Assembly (NCBI RefSeq): GCF_032444005.1
Contig: NC_091285.1
Coordinates: 192,324,001 to 192,388,000 of the forward strand
Length of the DNA: 64,000 nucleotides
Source: Ranitomeya imitator
Taxonomy: Eukaryota
Direction: 5' to 3'
The number at the start of each line of letters is the position of its first letter. Position 1 is the stretch's first letter. The notes below the pieces were generated by a model. That model saw only the letters and a program-made list of their open reading frames with translations. It was not told the origin of the DNA and made no database searches. Made by a program: the position numbers and the translations under genes. Below are positions 1-12,200 of this stretch, in pieces.

Positions 1-1546
1 TAATTAATATTGTATATTCACTGTAGATAAATGAGAGCAGACATTGTAATAACTTATACATGATCAAATATTTTCACTTTTGAGAAAAAAATACTTTCAT
101 CATTTTTACATCCTTTGGTTTTGACCCACATGATTAATACTTAAGCGTATGGAGAAATACCGGAGCAATATACATGATCTCCGGCGTTGTTTGTAGTAGC
201 GGCTGCAGAGGTAATGGATATTTTATAAGAGGAGACAGGTGAAGATAACAGGAGGGAACTCTACAGGCTATACAATGGGCCTGCTGCAGAGAGAACAAGG
301 CATCTTGGAATACGCACGCTCCTCAGACAATGAAGGGACCGCTTCCAGCTTAGCTTATAAATAGCAACAGCTGAGAAAATGAGGCCACAGCTTATACCGC
401 CAGGATGAGAAAAAACCACTGGCGGAAGGCGGCATGCCGAGCTGGAGAATGATTGGACGGAATAAGTGTACCCCCCTCACCCAAGGTCTCCTTTTGATCC
501 TATAAATCCCTCTGTTCACATGACCCACAGACAAATATGAGTGGCCCTCTCCCCTGTTCTTGCAGATTACACTCAGAATCCAGGCTCGTTCCCCAGTTTA
601 CGCTGCTTAAATCTACTGATTTGTTTTACCTGATGTATTATTTTTTTCGTCTGCAGAGGCGTAGCGCGGCGCCGTGACTCGCAGCAGCCTGGCTTTGTGG
701 GAAGATTACGCTCTCTGTAAATGGAGCACGTAACATTAAACTAATTATTATATTTATTTCATATGCGTAGCACAGATACAAGGAAGGTCTTTTATTTGGT
801 TAATAACATAACCTTAATGAAGACAAAAGATCACAGCGAGAGGTTAAATTATATCACTCCCCAGTAAGATAAAAGACCTGTTATTAAATGGAAATGATGA
901 ATGGCTTTGGTCCATATTTCCGACTGTATGTCTAAGGGTATCTCCACATACATATTCATGTCCATCTAGCAGCGTGATTTCTTCTTATAATATGCCAACA
1001 AAATTGATCTGGTGACTCTGATTGATGGGTAAAGTTAGCCGATCTCATTGCCTAGGTAATTGAAGGCGGCACACACTTCCACGCTTGCTAAATCATTCAG
1101 GTTTCTGCATTGACAGCTTGGCTTGGTTGCAGACTCTTCACTCCATGGCTTCTTTAAGAGACAGGGAATGAACCTACATTTGCCTGTACAATGCTGCTAC
1201 AAAGGTGTCCAAGCTGTGGAAACTCAACCTTTAGTAGATCCAATATAGTGCCTACAGCTTCATTAACAGACAATGACTCAGACTTTTGACTGGTACACCC
1301 CATTTCCAGCACCATTAGGATCCAAGAAGTATCGTTTCTCCTTGTGGAGAGTGACATGTTAAACATGTCGAGGTGAGGAGACTTAAAGCCGCAATGCTCC
1401 TCTTGGAAATATGCAAATTGTCTCTTCAGAGAGGAAGAGGACTAGAACTCTAGTGCCACCTATTGGAAGTAGCGATCTTAACAGTCAGTCAACCCTTTAA
1501 CGAGCCATGTCACATGACTTGGGATAAGAGCCAACCAGATCTCAGT

Positions 1547-1589
1547 TTGCAGACACTGTGTTTCATGGTACTGCCCCTCGTCAGTGCAA
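1547..1589 (-). ncRNA. Minimal type I hammerhead ribozyme motif
   Basis: Minus strand reads UUGCA-CUGACGA-GGGG cagua CCAU-GAAA-CAC a GUG-UC-UGCAA. Helix I is UUGCA/UGCAA, the conserved core is CUGANGA...GAAA, and the GUC cleavage triplet predicts a cut between 1552 and 1551. Helix II has one mismatch and one wobble. Confidence 0.85.
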
Positions 1590-1813
1590 CGTGGAGATCT
1601 GGTTTGGCTGATTGAGAGGCGTCTGATCGGGATCCAAGAAGTATAATTTCTCCTTGCTGAGAGCGACATGGTAAGCATGTCGAGGTGAAGAGACTTAAAG
1701 CCGCAATGCTCCTCGTGGAAATATGCAAATTGTCTCTTCAGAGAGGAAGAGGTCTAGAACTCTAGTGCCACCTATTGGAAGTAGCAATCCTAACAGTCAA
1801 TGTCAACTCTTTA

Positions 1814-1847
1814 ACGAGGGGCAGTACACCGAAACAGTGTCTGCAAA
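1814..1847 (+). ncRNA. 5'-truncated second copy of the same hammerhead
   Basis: ACGA-GGGG cagua CACC-GAAA-CAGUG-UC-UGCAAA. The helix I 5' strand and CUG are lost at the inversion junction, which falls in a shared ACGAG. Confidence 0.7.
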
Positions 1848-2332
1848 TAGAGATCTGGTTGGCTTTTATCCAAGTCATGTGACAAGGCTCGTTAAAGGGT
1901 CGACATTGACTGTTAGGATCGCTACTTCCAATAGGTGGCACTAGAGTTCTAGTCCTCTTCCTCTCTGAAGAGACAATCTGCACCATTAGTAATACTGATG
2001 AAACCTTTCCATCTCCTCCATGATGACTGTCAAGACACAGGCAAATACCAGCAAATCCGCTTGGTACATGACAGAATTATTCACTTTTCCTGATTGCATT
2101 GTTCACTTTTTCTTCATGTGAGTTATTCATCATGTGTTCTTCAATGGTCTTTTCTATTGGCTCATTGTAATTTTAAGTATGAGGTCTGACCAATCAATAT
2201 ATACTATGGTCACACAATTGGTCCCTTAGACTTTAGATCCTAGGTGCGACTGAAATCCTTACACCCACTATAGATACGTTCCTGGGAGTCACTCTAAAGA
2301 TGATGCTATGGGTGACTGTTGGGACTATGTCA

Positions 2333-3401
2333 TCTTCTATATAATTGTCTAAGGTCCACTTCCATCTTTCTGTCTGTCCTTCTGTCTGTCTGTCTGTCTT
2401 TCTTTTTGTCACGGAAATCCCAAGTCGCTGATTGGTCGTGGCCTTTTGGCCATGCCCAATCAGCAACGGGCACAGTCCGGCGGCAAAATGGCCGCTCCTT
2501 ACTCCCCGCAATCAGTACCCGCAGTCCATTATCCCCCCCCAGTCAGCAGTCACACAGGGTTAATGGCAGCATTAACGGACCGCGTTATGCTACGGTGTAA
2601 CGCAGTCCGTTAACGCTGCTATTAACCCTGTGTGACCAACATTTTACTATTGATGCTGCCTATGCGGCATCAATAGTAAAAAGATCGAATGTTAGAAATA
2701 ATAAAAAAATAAAAAATCATTATATACTCACCTTCCGTGGGCCCCCGGATCCAGCCGAGGCCTTTTCCGCTCCTCGCGACGTTACGGTGACCGATCCATG
2801 CATTGCGGTCTCGCAAGATGATGATGTAGCGGTCTCGCGAGACCGCTACATCATCATCTTGCGAGACCGCAATGCACTCTTGAGACCGGAGCGTTGCGAG
2901 GAGCATCGGTAAACGCTTCGGCTGGATGCGGGGGCTCCGGAAGGTGAGTTTATATAACTATTTATTATTTTAATTTTTTTTTTTAACAGGGATATGGTGC
3001 CCACATTGCTATATACTGCGTGGGCTGTGTTATATACTACATCTCTGTGCTACATACTATATGGGCTGTGCTATATACTATGTGGCTGTGGTATATATTA
3101 CGTGGCTGGGCAATATAACTACATCGCTGTGCTCTATACTACGTGGCCTGTGTTATATACTGCATGGGCAGTGTTATATACTACGTCTCTGTGCTATATA
3201 CTACATGGCTGTGCTATATACGTGGCTGGGCAATATACTACGTGTCTGTGCTATATACGTGGCTGGGCAATATACTACGTGTCTGTGCTATATACTACGT
3301 GACTGGGCAATATACTACGTGGCTGAACTATATACTACGTAGCTGTAAACTACATACATATTCTAGAATACCCGATGCGTTAGAATCGGTCCACCATCTA
3401 G
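2333..3401 (+). mobile_element. Non-autonomous Helitron (family A)
   Basis: A|TC 5' end; (CTGT)n near the 5' end; 3' hairpin CCCGAT-GCGTTAGA-ATCGG then CTAG|T. No TSD. Contains an internal palindrome and a TATACTACGTGGCTGGGCAA minisatellite. Confidence 0.85.
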
Positions 3402-3468
3402 TATAAAATAAAGGCCTCCGTACACATTGTACTCTCCTCCACTGAATCTTCTGATATTGACATTCTAA

Positions 3469-3915
3469 GGCTATGTGTGCACGTTCAGGTTTTTTCGCGC
3501 TAAAACGCTATAAAAACTCATTAAAAATGCATACATTATGCATTCTATCATTTAGAATGCATTCTGCATGTTTTGTGCACATGGATGCGTTTTCCGCGAA
3601 AAAAACGCATCGCGGTAAAAAAATGAGCATGTTCATTATTTTTGCAGATTTTCTGCGATTTTCCTGCAATTCTATGCATTTGGGAAAAAACGCACAACAA
3701 ACGCACCTAAAAACGCGGTCAAATCACGGTAAAAACGCATGCGGATTTCTGGCAGAAATGTCTGGTTTTTGCCAGGAAAATTTCTGCAAGAAATCCTGAC
3801 GTGTGCACATACAAGGCTATGTGCACACGTCAGGATTTCTTGCAGAAATTTCCTGACAAAAACCGGACATTTCTGCCAGAAATCCGCATGCGTTTTTTTG
3901 CGCGTTTTTCTGGTG
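3469..3915. mobile_element. PIF/Harbinger-type MITE followed directly by the left end of a second copy
   Basis: TAA|GGCTATGTG...CCTGACGTGTGCACATA, then GGCTATGTGCACACGTCAGG at 3815; AAAACGCATGCG internal repeats. Confidence 0.7.
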
Positions 3916-4225
3916 ATATGATGTTAGTGGAAGTAGGAGAATCACTGGCAAGAGTGGTCTGTGACCGATCTGGGTCTGTACAGAAATGTAGCTAGTTAGA
4001 AATTATCTGCCTTTTTAGTTCTTACTCCCTTTCACATAAGTAATAAAAGAACCGGAAACCCCTTAGGTACTAGGTCCTGCTGCCAAGGGGGGGGGGGGGG
4101 GGAGGCAAAGGTCTATTACAAAGATAGCTTTAAAGCCCAGCAGCAATACATTACAAAAAGTAGAAGATTAGGTATTAAAATATATGAAAGCTTTTCCTCC
4201 CATTTTGAGAAATGAAGTAGACATG

Positions 4226-4497
4226 GCCAGGCTTGGACTGGCCCACAGGAGAACCGGTGAATGCACCGGTGGGCTCCAGTGCAGGAGTGGCCATCACCCT
4301 CATGAATGAGCAATACTTGGCACTATATATTGAATCACTATGTACAGACAAAGGCCACATCTTATTAATTAAACAATCTACTCAGTTAATTGTTATATAA
4401 ATTTGTGATTGAGGATAATGTCACATTTGAATGGAGCTGAAAAGTGGGCCCTGGATTTAGTTACCTGTTGGCCCTTGACATCCCAGTACGACACTAG
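4226..4497. repeat. Dispersed MITE-like repeat; second copy at about 21580-21810
   Basis: Shared GGACTG.CCCAC.GGAGAA...TACTTGGCA...ACATCTTATTAATT...CCCAGT blocks in both locations. Ends approximate. Confidence 0.6.
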
Positions 4498-7400
4498 ACG
4501 TGGCCATGGTTTCTACCAAAAAATGAACAAACCAGGAGTCAGAGTCCCAAGGGGCTGTATAACTAGATTGCCGAACCAAGATGTGACGCCATTATGGAGT
4601 ATAAGAGGAACAGTAACCACTGTCAGAAAATGTAGGTCAGACAAAGACTCCTACGGAAACCAATGTCTTGTCATCAGCACAAAATTTAGGGATTTGACAG
4701 TCTTGTAACAAAGGACATCTCTGCATTTTTGAGAAGCGAGCAGCAGTTGTACATTTAATACAAAAATCAATGTCTTTTTTTCTTTATGGCATGTCAGCAC
4801 TATTTTTCTTAACTAAGATGCTGTATATTTTAACACTTCCGGAGGTATAATGAAATAACTTGTTTTTTACATCTTAAAATCCCAAATTAGGTACAGTACT
4901 GAACTGGTTGTTCTTATGTTATTGTACAGTTTGCTTGACCTCATCAAAACCAAATATCTTGTAAATATGAGACTATCCCACAGGATAACATCACATCATC
5001 ATTTCAAAGGAATTTTGAAAGCCAAAAAATGTGTCGGTGAAAAATGATTCTGCAGTCTGCAGATCAATAAGACAATATTAAGCTGGAATGTGATGTGTTA
5101 TAAAGTGAAGTGTGGTGTGCAACTAGAACTCAATCCCCATGTCATTAGATCTGTCATTCATAAATCTTACAGGGGGTCACAGCTACTTCCAATTTGATCT
5201 ATGCTCAACAACCCATAATAGCATAATCTGCCTCCTACGATGAGGATACAGAAGACATTGACATTCTTCCTCCTGGGATACATAAAGCCTTAGCATGGGT
5301 CCTATAATGGAGGGTATCATAATGCTGTTTGTCTTTTTAATAAAGTTGCTGCAGTGATTTACGACCTCTATTAGTTCTATTCTGCAATGCCGGCATAAAT
5401 TGTGACTTGCTTTGGCTAATAAAGCTCTTGCACATTTAAAATCACCCAAGTCCACGTTCATATACCACTATTCCAGGTGCAAATATCTCCATGATACTTC
5501 TCTACTCTTAGGACCCAACACAGGCGTTGTTCATTGGTGTCAGACGCTCCTGATTCATGTAGAGGCGCACGCCTTTTTATAAATTAGGAGCGTCAGACTA
5601 GTGGTGTACACCCCAATGTGTGCGCCTTGCCACAAATCCTTCTCTAGTTCCTTCTGGAGAAAGATTTGTGATGTAGCAGCAGTCACCATGTCCTCGTCCC
5701 ACCTCTGCTCTGCTCTGTTGGAGCTGGGTGAAAATGGTATGAGAATGCCAAAAGTTGTATAATTTAGTGCAGTTGCTCATTGGGCCAAAATTAGACTTTT
5801 CAAAGCTGTTTTTTATTCGAGAGTACTGGCATAAACGTTTTTGTGAATCAGGCCCTTAGTTTTGAATTGCAAATACTGGTGCAGAAAACTACCAGATAAA
5901 GGTGGCCTAACGTGGTTTTATACATGAGTGCTGATTTAGCATTGTGGGTTTGGAGAAGTTTTTGCAAACTATATATTTAAGCATGAACAATGCATAACCA
6001 ACCATAAAATTCACGGACATACAGACAAAAACACCTCCTACCACCCCCACCACAGTCAAAGGCATACTCAAAAATTTTAGTTGAGATGATTGTCCTAGGA
6101 GATTTTAAAATGGCCAGTGGAATGTTTCCGGTAGTCTGGGGTGGATTTGTGGTAAATGATCAATATTTCTAGTAATTTAGCGGAATATAAGGTTTAATAT
6201 ATTATTATCCCTAGTGACCTAACGGGTCAGAATTTTACCCATCTAGTCTAAAAAAAAAAATTAAGGTTAATATTCCTAGTAGTCTGCTGAGGTTTAGAAG
6301 TTAATACATTTGTTCCTGATGTTCTATGCTAGCGAAGTGGTGAATATTAATATCTGTGGTGGTCTAAGGTAGTGATAGGGTTAATGGTAACAGCTGTGGT
6401 AGTTGAGGCCAGTGAAGAGATTAATGGCTATGTGGTTAATGAGTTAGGGTGGTGCTTGGGTTTCTTATGTCTCTAGGGTCTAGTAAGGTGTTACCCATTC
6501 TTCTGTTTCCAAATGTAGAAATCCCAGTTAGTAATAAGAATCAATGTTCTTGAATTTATATCCTTTCCTAAATAAAGTGTTTTCTAGGATTTTATTAGCA
6601 TTTTTCGTACAAGTGTACACAAAGGCGTAAACATTAGAGAGGCAGAAGCTCTCACGCGAGCGGCGCACAGCTGATTGGTGGGGTGCCAGGAATCTTAAGG
6701 CCATTAATATTGTAATCTTGGAAAACCCCTTAAAGAAAATCCATTAAGACAATTGTTAGCATAAATCTTTTCCGCAGAACTATGGATCTAGAACATACAG
6801 ACTCTTAATTAGGACAATATTTCTTGATGGGTATTTTATATGTTTAAACACTTGTACTTGATAAAACCGTCTCTATACAGTTACGTTATTACTACAGGGA
6901 TAGCTTTATTAGGTGCTTGGTAAATCCCTGACTTTCCAAATGTTCACGATGCAAAGAAACTTGCAGTGTGAAGTGCTCCATATAAAATATTGACTACCTA
7001 TAATGCAACCTGACACATTGGATGGAAGCTTTGTAGCTGTGTGTGTTATCTGTAAAGGCACAAAGACTGAAGAGCCAATCATTCATTTGCAGGACTTAAA
7101 AACATGATTCTTGATTGAAATGTTTGCATCTCGCTACCGACACTTACAGATTCACCAGAATAGAATAATGCACTTACATGTACTGTAGGTACCAGAGGAG
7201 TAAGAGCTGCAGTGACGAGTGATGCTGGTTCTGTACAAAGGTGACAGGGACAGGATCTTAGATCACACTGTAGATACTTGTCACCAATGCTTTTATCTAT
7301 CCGTTCCCTGAGGGCTGACCTCTACCTTATGTTCCTGTGATAGACCAAGGTGCAATTCTCAGCTTTCACTGTAAAGAAGTCATTTCTAATCTAAAAATCA

Positions 7401-7939
7401 GAGAATCGATCACTTACATTCCTACTACAGTAGAGCAGTAGCCACTTGTTCAGGCCAGTGTATAACATATAGCAAGTCACATGTTCACACTGGGCTGAAA
7501 AAATGGCGTACTTTTGATTCCACAGCATTTCAAGCACATTTTAATGAATACATCTTGGAATAACAATAAGTTCTAGAATTGTATGTGTTTTTCCTCCAAA
7601 AGTAATTTTAGTCAACATTTTAGTAAATAGATCTTTGAATAATAATGATTTCCACAATTGGATGTGTTTAAATAAAATGTTCCTGTGCTGAGATAATCTT
7701 ATAACTGTGCCCCTGCTGTGTACTGTGTAATGGCTGTCTCTGACTGTACAGGAACATGGCCTGATCACACCACAGCTCCTAGGCAGGAGGAGGGAGCAAA
7801 AGAGGATAGAGACAGGACAGCACAGGATCACAGGTGATTCATTCTGTGAGGTAAAATATTTAACTGCCAGTTTTTAAGCAATGTTTTACCTCAAAGCAAG
7901 AATCAGCTGTGATCACAATAAATGAATTCACACTTTCCC

Positions 7940-8225
7940 CCGTCCAGGTGCCTCGGAGTAACCCTGGACTCTGCCCTGTCCTTTAAACCGCACATCCAAG
8001 CTCTCGCCACCTCCTGTCACCTCCAGCTCAAAAATATTTCCAGAATCCATCCTTTTTCTCAGCCCTCACTCTACCAAAATGCTTGTGCATACCCTAATCA
8101 TCTCTCACCTTGACTACTGCAACATCCTCCTTTGTGGGCTACCCTCTAACACTCTCGCACCCTTCCAATCCGCCCTTAACTCTGCTGCCCGACTAATTAA
8201 TCTCTCTCCTTGCTACACTCCTGCT
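7940..8225 (+). mobile_element. L2-clade LINE RT C-terminal fragment
   Basis: Translates to [20 protein letters not shown]...LDYCNILL; same family as 19688-20593. Confidence 0.85.
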
Positions 8226-8890
8226 TTTGACAGTGACTGACACATTAGCCAATGATGGGACAGTAGTAATCCTATCATCCGGCTAATGTGTTGAATGTAA
8301 AAAAAATAAAAATATTACATACATACTACATACTATATACATACATCCATACATACATACATACTACTACATACATACTACTACATACATACTACTACAT
8401 ACATACTACTACATACATACTACTACATACATACTACTACATACATACATGCAGTACATACTACATACATACATACATACTACATACATACTACAACATA
8501 CTACATACAATACATACATATAGAAATATAGTACATTAAACATAGATTACATATTCACCATTACTTGTCATTTTGATCCCCGAAGCCAGTGTCATCTATA
8601 AAAATTATTAAAATAGCAAACAACCAATATACTCCCTGATCCGCAGAAATCCACGAGTGTCCCACGACAATCTCCCGTGGAGAACGGCAGCATCAGCTGA
8701 TGCGACCGCTCTCCAAGGGCTCCAGGAATCCAATGACGGGAGGAAAGTATCCTTCCGCACTGTATTCCTCCGCTGCTGTAAAAAAATAAACGGAAAGATA
8801 CATCTATGTATCTATAGATAGATATATTTATAAATATATCTATAGATAGATATATCCATAGATATATAATAGAAAGGCCAATGTTTCTAA

Positions 8891-9311
8891 GGCTGCTTTC
8901 ACACTCTCGTTTTTAGCAATCCGTCGCAATCCATCATTTTGGGAAAAAACACGGATCCTGCCAATATGCTCACAGGATGCATTTTTTACCCATAGACTTG
9001 TATTAGCGATGGAACGCGACGGATGGCCACACGTCGCGTCCATCGTGCAACGGATCAGTCGAACGTTTTTTCGTGCCAACGGTCCAAAAAATCACAAGTG
9101 AATGTTTTTTTTGTCCATCGTGTCCGCCATTTTCTACCGCGCATGCGTGGCTGAAACTCCGCCTCCTCCTCCCTGGACTTCAGAATGGGCAGCGGATGCG
9201 TTGAAAAACTGCATCCGCTGCCCACGTCGTGCACAAATTTCACAGCGTGCGTCGGTACGTCGTTCTGATGCATAGCGAGGGACCTGTACCGACGCAAGTG
9301 CAAAAGAGGCC
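8891..9311. mobile_element. PIF/Harbinger-type MITE nested in the foldback loop
   Basis: TAA|GGCTGCTTTCACACT ... AGTGCAAAAGAGGCC|TTA. Confidence 0.7.
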
Positions 9312-10049
9312 TTAGAGAGCGTTTAATTTAAAAAAAAAAAAAAATGGGGAAAAAAGCGGTGTGGGCTCCCGCGCAAAGGGGGAAATCTGACGGCCAGGGG
9401 CCAATATTTGTAGCCTGCTATGAATATCAGACTGCAGCTGTCTGTGTAGCCTTTACTGGCTATTAAAATAGGGGGACCCCCCAAAAAATGACGTGAGGTC
9501 CCCCTATATTTTATAGCCAGAAAGGCTACGCAGACAGCTGCGGGCTGATATTCATAGCCTAGAGAGGGGCCATGGATATTGGCCCCCCCCCTGGTGGAGG
9601 AATACAGTGCGGAAGGATACCTTCCTCCCGTCATTGTGTTCCTGGAGCCCCTGGAGAGCAGTCGCATCAGCTGATGCTGCCGTTCTGCACGGGAGATCGT
9701 CGTGGGACACTGGTGGATTTCTGCAGATCAGGGAGTATATTGGTTGTTTGTTATTTTCATATTTTTTACAGGTGACACTGGCTTCGGGGATCAAGATGAC
9801 AAGTAATGGTGAGTATGTACTCTGTTTAATGTACTATATGTCTGTATGTATGTATGTATGTATTGTATGTAATGTATGAATGTACTGTATGTAGTATGTA
9901 TGTATTTAGTACGTATGTTTTTGTTTGTTTGTTTTTTTCATTCAACACATTAGCTGGATGATGGGACTACTACTGTCCCATCATTGGCTAATGTGTCAAT
10001 CACTGTCACTGTAGCAGGCATCGTCCGATGGGACTTGTAGTCCCATCGG

Positions 10050-10510
10050 ACAATACCTGCGCACACGCACAGACCCCCGGCAGGCCCGCACAGACCCCCG
10101 GCAGGCCCGCACAGACCCCCGGCAGGCCCGCACAGACCCCCAGCAGGCCCGCACAGACCCCCGGCAGCCGGCAGGCCCGCACAGACTCCCGGTAGCTGGC
10201 AGGCCCATACAGACCCCTGGCAGGCCTGTACAGATCCCTGGCAGGCCCGCACAAAGCCTCGGCAGGCTCGCACAGACCCCCCGGCAGGCTCGCACAGACC
10301 CCCGGCAGGCCCGCACAAAGCCCCAGCAGGCCTGCACAACAGGCCCCCGGCAGCCAGCAGGCCCGTACAGACCTCCGGCAGGCCCGCACAGACCCCCGGC
10401 AGCCCACACAGAGCCCCGGCAGGCCCGCACAGACCCCCCGGCAACCGGCAGGCCCATACATACCCCCTGGAAGGCCCGCACAGACCCCCGAGAGGCCCGC
10501 ACAGACCCCG
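10050..10510. repeat. GC-rich ~21-bp minisatellite (GGCAGGCCCGCACAGACCCCC)n
   Basis: Direct tandem units visible; explains the three overlapping low-complexity ORFs. Confidence 0.9.
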
Positions 10511-10750
10511 CCTGCACACAGACACGCACAGTGTCCGCCAACGCACCGCCCACACTCTTCCCCCCTCCGGAACAGGATGTAGAAGGACAGAAAGGGCTTA
10601 TTTACATTCCGATATTTGTGTCCCATTGACTTGCATTGGTATTGGTATCGGCGATATCCGATATTTTTTAGATATCGGCCGATCCAATCCGATACCGATA
10701 CTTCTGGATATCGGAAGGTATCGCTCAACACTAATGTTCAGTAAATGCAC

Positions 10751-11710
10751 TCAATACTTGGTCAGGGCTCCTTTTGCATCAATTACTGCATCAATGCGGC
10801 ATGACGGAGGCGATCAGCCTGTGGCACTGTTGAGGTATTATGGAAGCCCAGGTTGCTTTGATAGCAACCTTCAGCTCATTTGCATTGTTGGGTCTGGTGT
10901 CTCTTTTCTTCCTCTTGACAATACCCCATAGCGCTATGGGGTTAAGGTCAGGCGAGTTTGCTGGCCAATCAAACACAGTCATACGGTTGTGTTTTAAACC
11001 AGATATTGGTAATTTTGGCAGTGTGGACAGGTGTCCAGTCCTGCTGGAGAATTAAATTTCCATCTCCAAACAGCTTGTCGGCAGAGGGAAGCATGGAGTG
11101 CTCTAACATTTAATGGTAGACGGCTGCGCTGATTTTGGTCTTGATAAAACACATTGGAGCTACACCAGCAGATGACATGGCTTCCCAAACCATCGCTGAT
11201 GGTGGAAACTTCACGCTGGACCTCAAACAGCTTGGATTGTGGCCTCTCCACTCTTCCTGCAGACTCTGGGACCTTGATTTCCAAATGAAATGCAAAATTT
11301 GCTTTAATCTGAAAACAATACCTTGGACCACTGAGCAACAGTCCAGTTATTTTTTCCTTGGCCCAGGTAAGAAACTTATGGCGTTGTCTATTGGTCATGA
11401 GTGTGGCTTGACACAAGGAATGCATCAGTTGCTCATGTCCTGGGTACGTCTGTGTGTGGTGGCTCTTGAAGCAATGACTCCAGCAGCAGTCCACTCCTTG
11501 TGAATCTCCCCCAAATTTTTTAATGGCTCTTTCTTAACAATCCTTACAAGGCTGCAGTTCTTCCACTCAACTTCCCATTAATATGCTTGGATACAGCACT
11601 CTCTGAACATCCAGCTTCTTTAGCAATTACCTTTTGTGGCTTACCCTCCTTGTGGAGTGTGTGTCAATGACTGCCTTCTGGACATCTGTCAAGTCAGCAG
11701 TCTTCCCCAT
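10751..11710 (-). pseudogene. Tc1 transposase pseudogene (TIRs lost)
   Basis: Fragments in different frames: MGKTADLTDVQKAVID..., WPANSPDLNPIALW, RLIASVMPH. Same group as the 49447 element. Confidence 0.9.
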
Positions 11711-11738
11711 AATTGTGGAGCCTACTGAAACAGACTAA

Positions 11739-12200
11739 GGCCAGTCCCACACGTCCAGATAATTCCGGTACCAGAAAAATCGGTACCGGAATTATCCGTG
11801 TCCGTGTGTTTACGCTGAACATCAGTGTGACACACGTGCGGCAGCCGTGTGCCGACTGAGGACCACACGGACCGTGCAGGAGACAGCGCTACAGTTAAGC
11901 GCTGTCCCCTGCATCTGGTGCTGAAGCCGCTAATCATTTCTTCTCTCCAGCATCGTTCGCTGGAGAGAAGATATGAATTTTTTTTTTTGTGTTTTAAAAA
12001 AAAAGATTCCTGTCCCCAACCCCCTCCCACCCCCTGTGCGCCCCAACCCCCACTCCCCCCCCCCCCCGCTGTTAATAAAATACTTACCCGGCTCCCTCGC
12101 TGGCGCTGCTTCCTGTCCTTGTCGCAGCTCCTCCTGTATGAGCGGTCACGTGGTGCCGCCTATTACAGTGATGTATATGCTGCTCCACCTCCCGTATGTT
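11739..12200. mobile_element. Left half of a Harbinger MITE (family of 14618)
   Basis: TAA|GGCCAGTCCCACACGTCCAGATAATTCCGGTACC; reverse complement of about 14900-15303. Confidence 0.75.

Larger units (their letters stand above)
1319..1979 (-). mobile_element. Hammerhead-containing retrozyme/satellite-2-like insertion (1.6 tandem 312-bp units plus an inverted segment)
   Basis: GGATCCAAGAAGT at 1318 and 1630, and ATGCAAAT at 1411 and 1723, give a 312-bp period. 1817-1979 is the reverse complement of about 1415-1580. Flanked by the direct repeat GCACCATTAG (1309-1318, 1980-1989). No ORF with recognisable homology. Confidence 0.8.
8230..10733. mobile_element. Composite foldback element: inverted arms (~8230-8772 and ~9594-10010), GC minisatellite and a hAT-MITE right end
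   Basis: The arms are reverse complements, including (TACA)n/(TGTA)n. Ends in GGTATCGCTCAACACTA at 10733, the same terminus as 42064. Whether the 10733 end belongs to the same unit is inferred. Confidence 0.65.

Noticed and set aside
630-760. Possible exon after TTTTTTTTCGTCTGCAG (CpG-rich stretch)
   Set aside because: No synuclein-like translation and no convincing donor; may be regulatory but unsupported.
1993-2006. CTGATGAAACC as a further hammerhead (also CTGACGAAG at 61311 and CCTGATGAAG at 55561)
   Set aside because: No helix II, or no downstream GAAA with helix III/I pairing.
2994-3406. Tyr/Cys-rich ORFs (also 15381-15987, 34032-34463, 35194-35743, 36036-36381)
   Set aside because: All are minisatellite or microsatellite read-through inside repeats.
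4086-4102. Long G homopolymer
   Set aside because: Simple repeat with no supporting context.
9950-10731. Three overlapping 185-241-aa Gly/Cys/Ala-rich ORFs
   Set aside because: Translation of a stop-free GC minisatellite; no domain or splice context.
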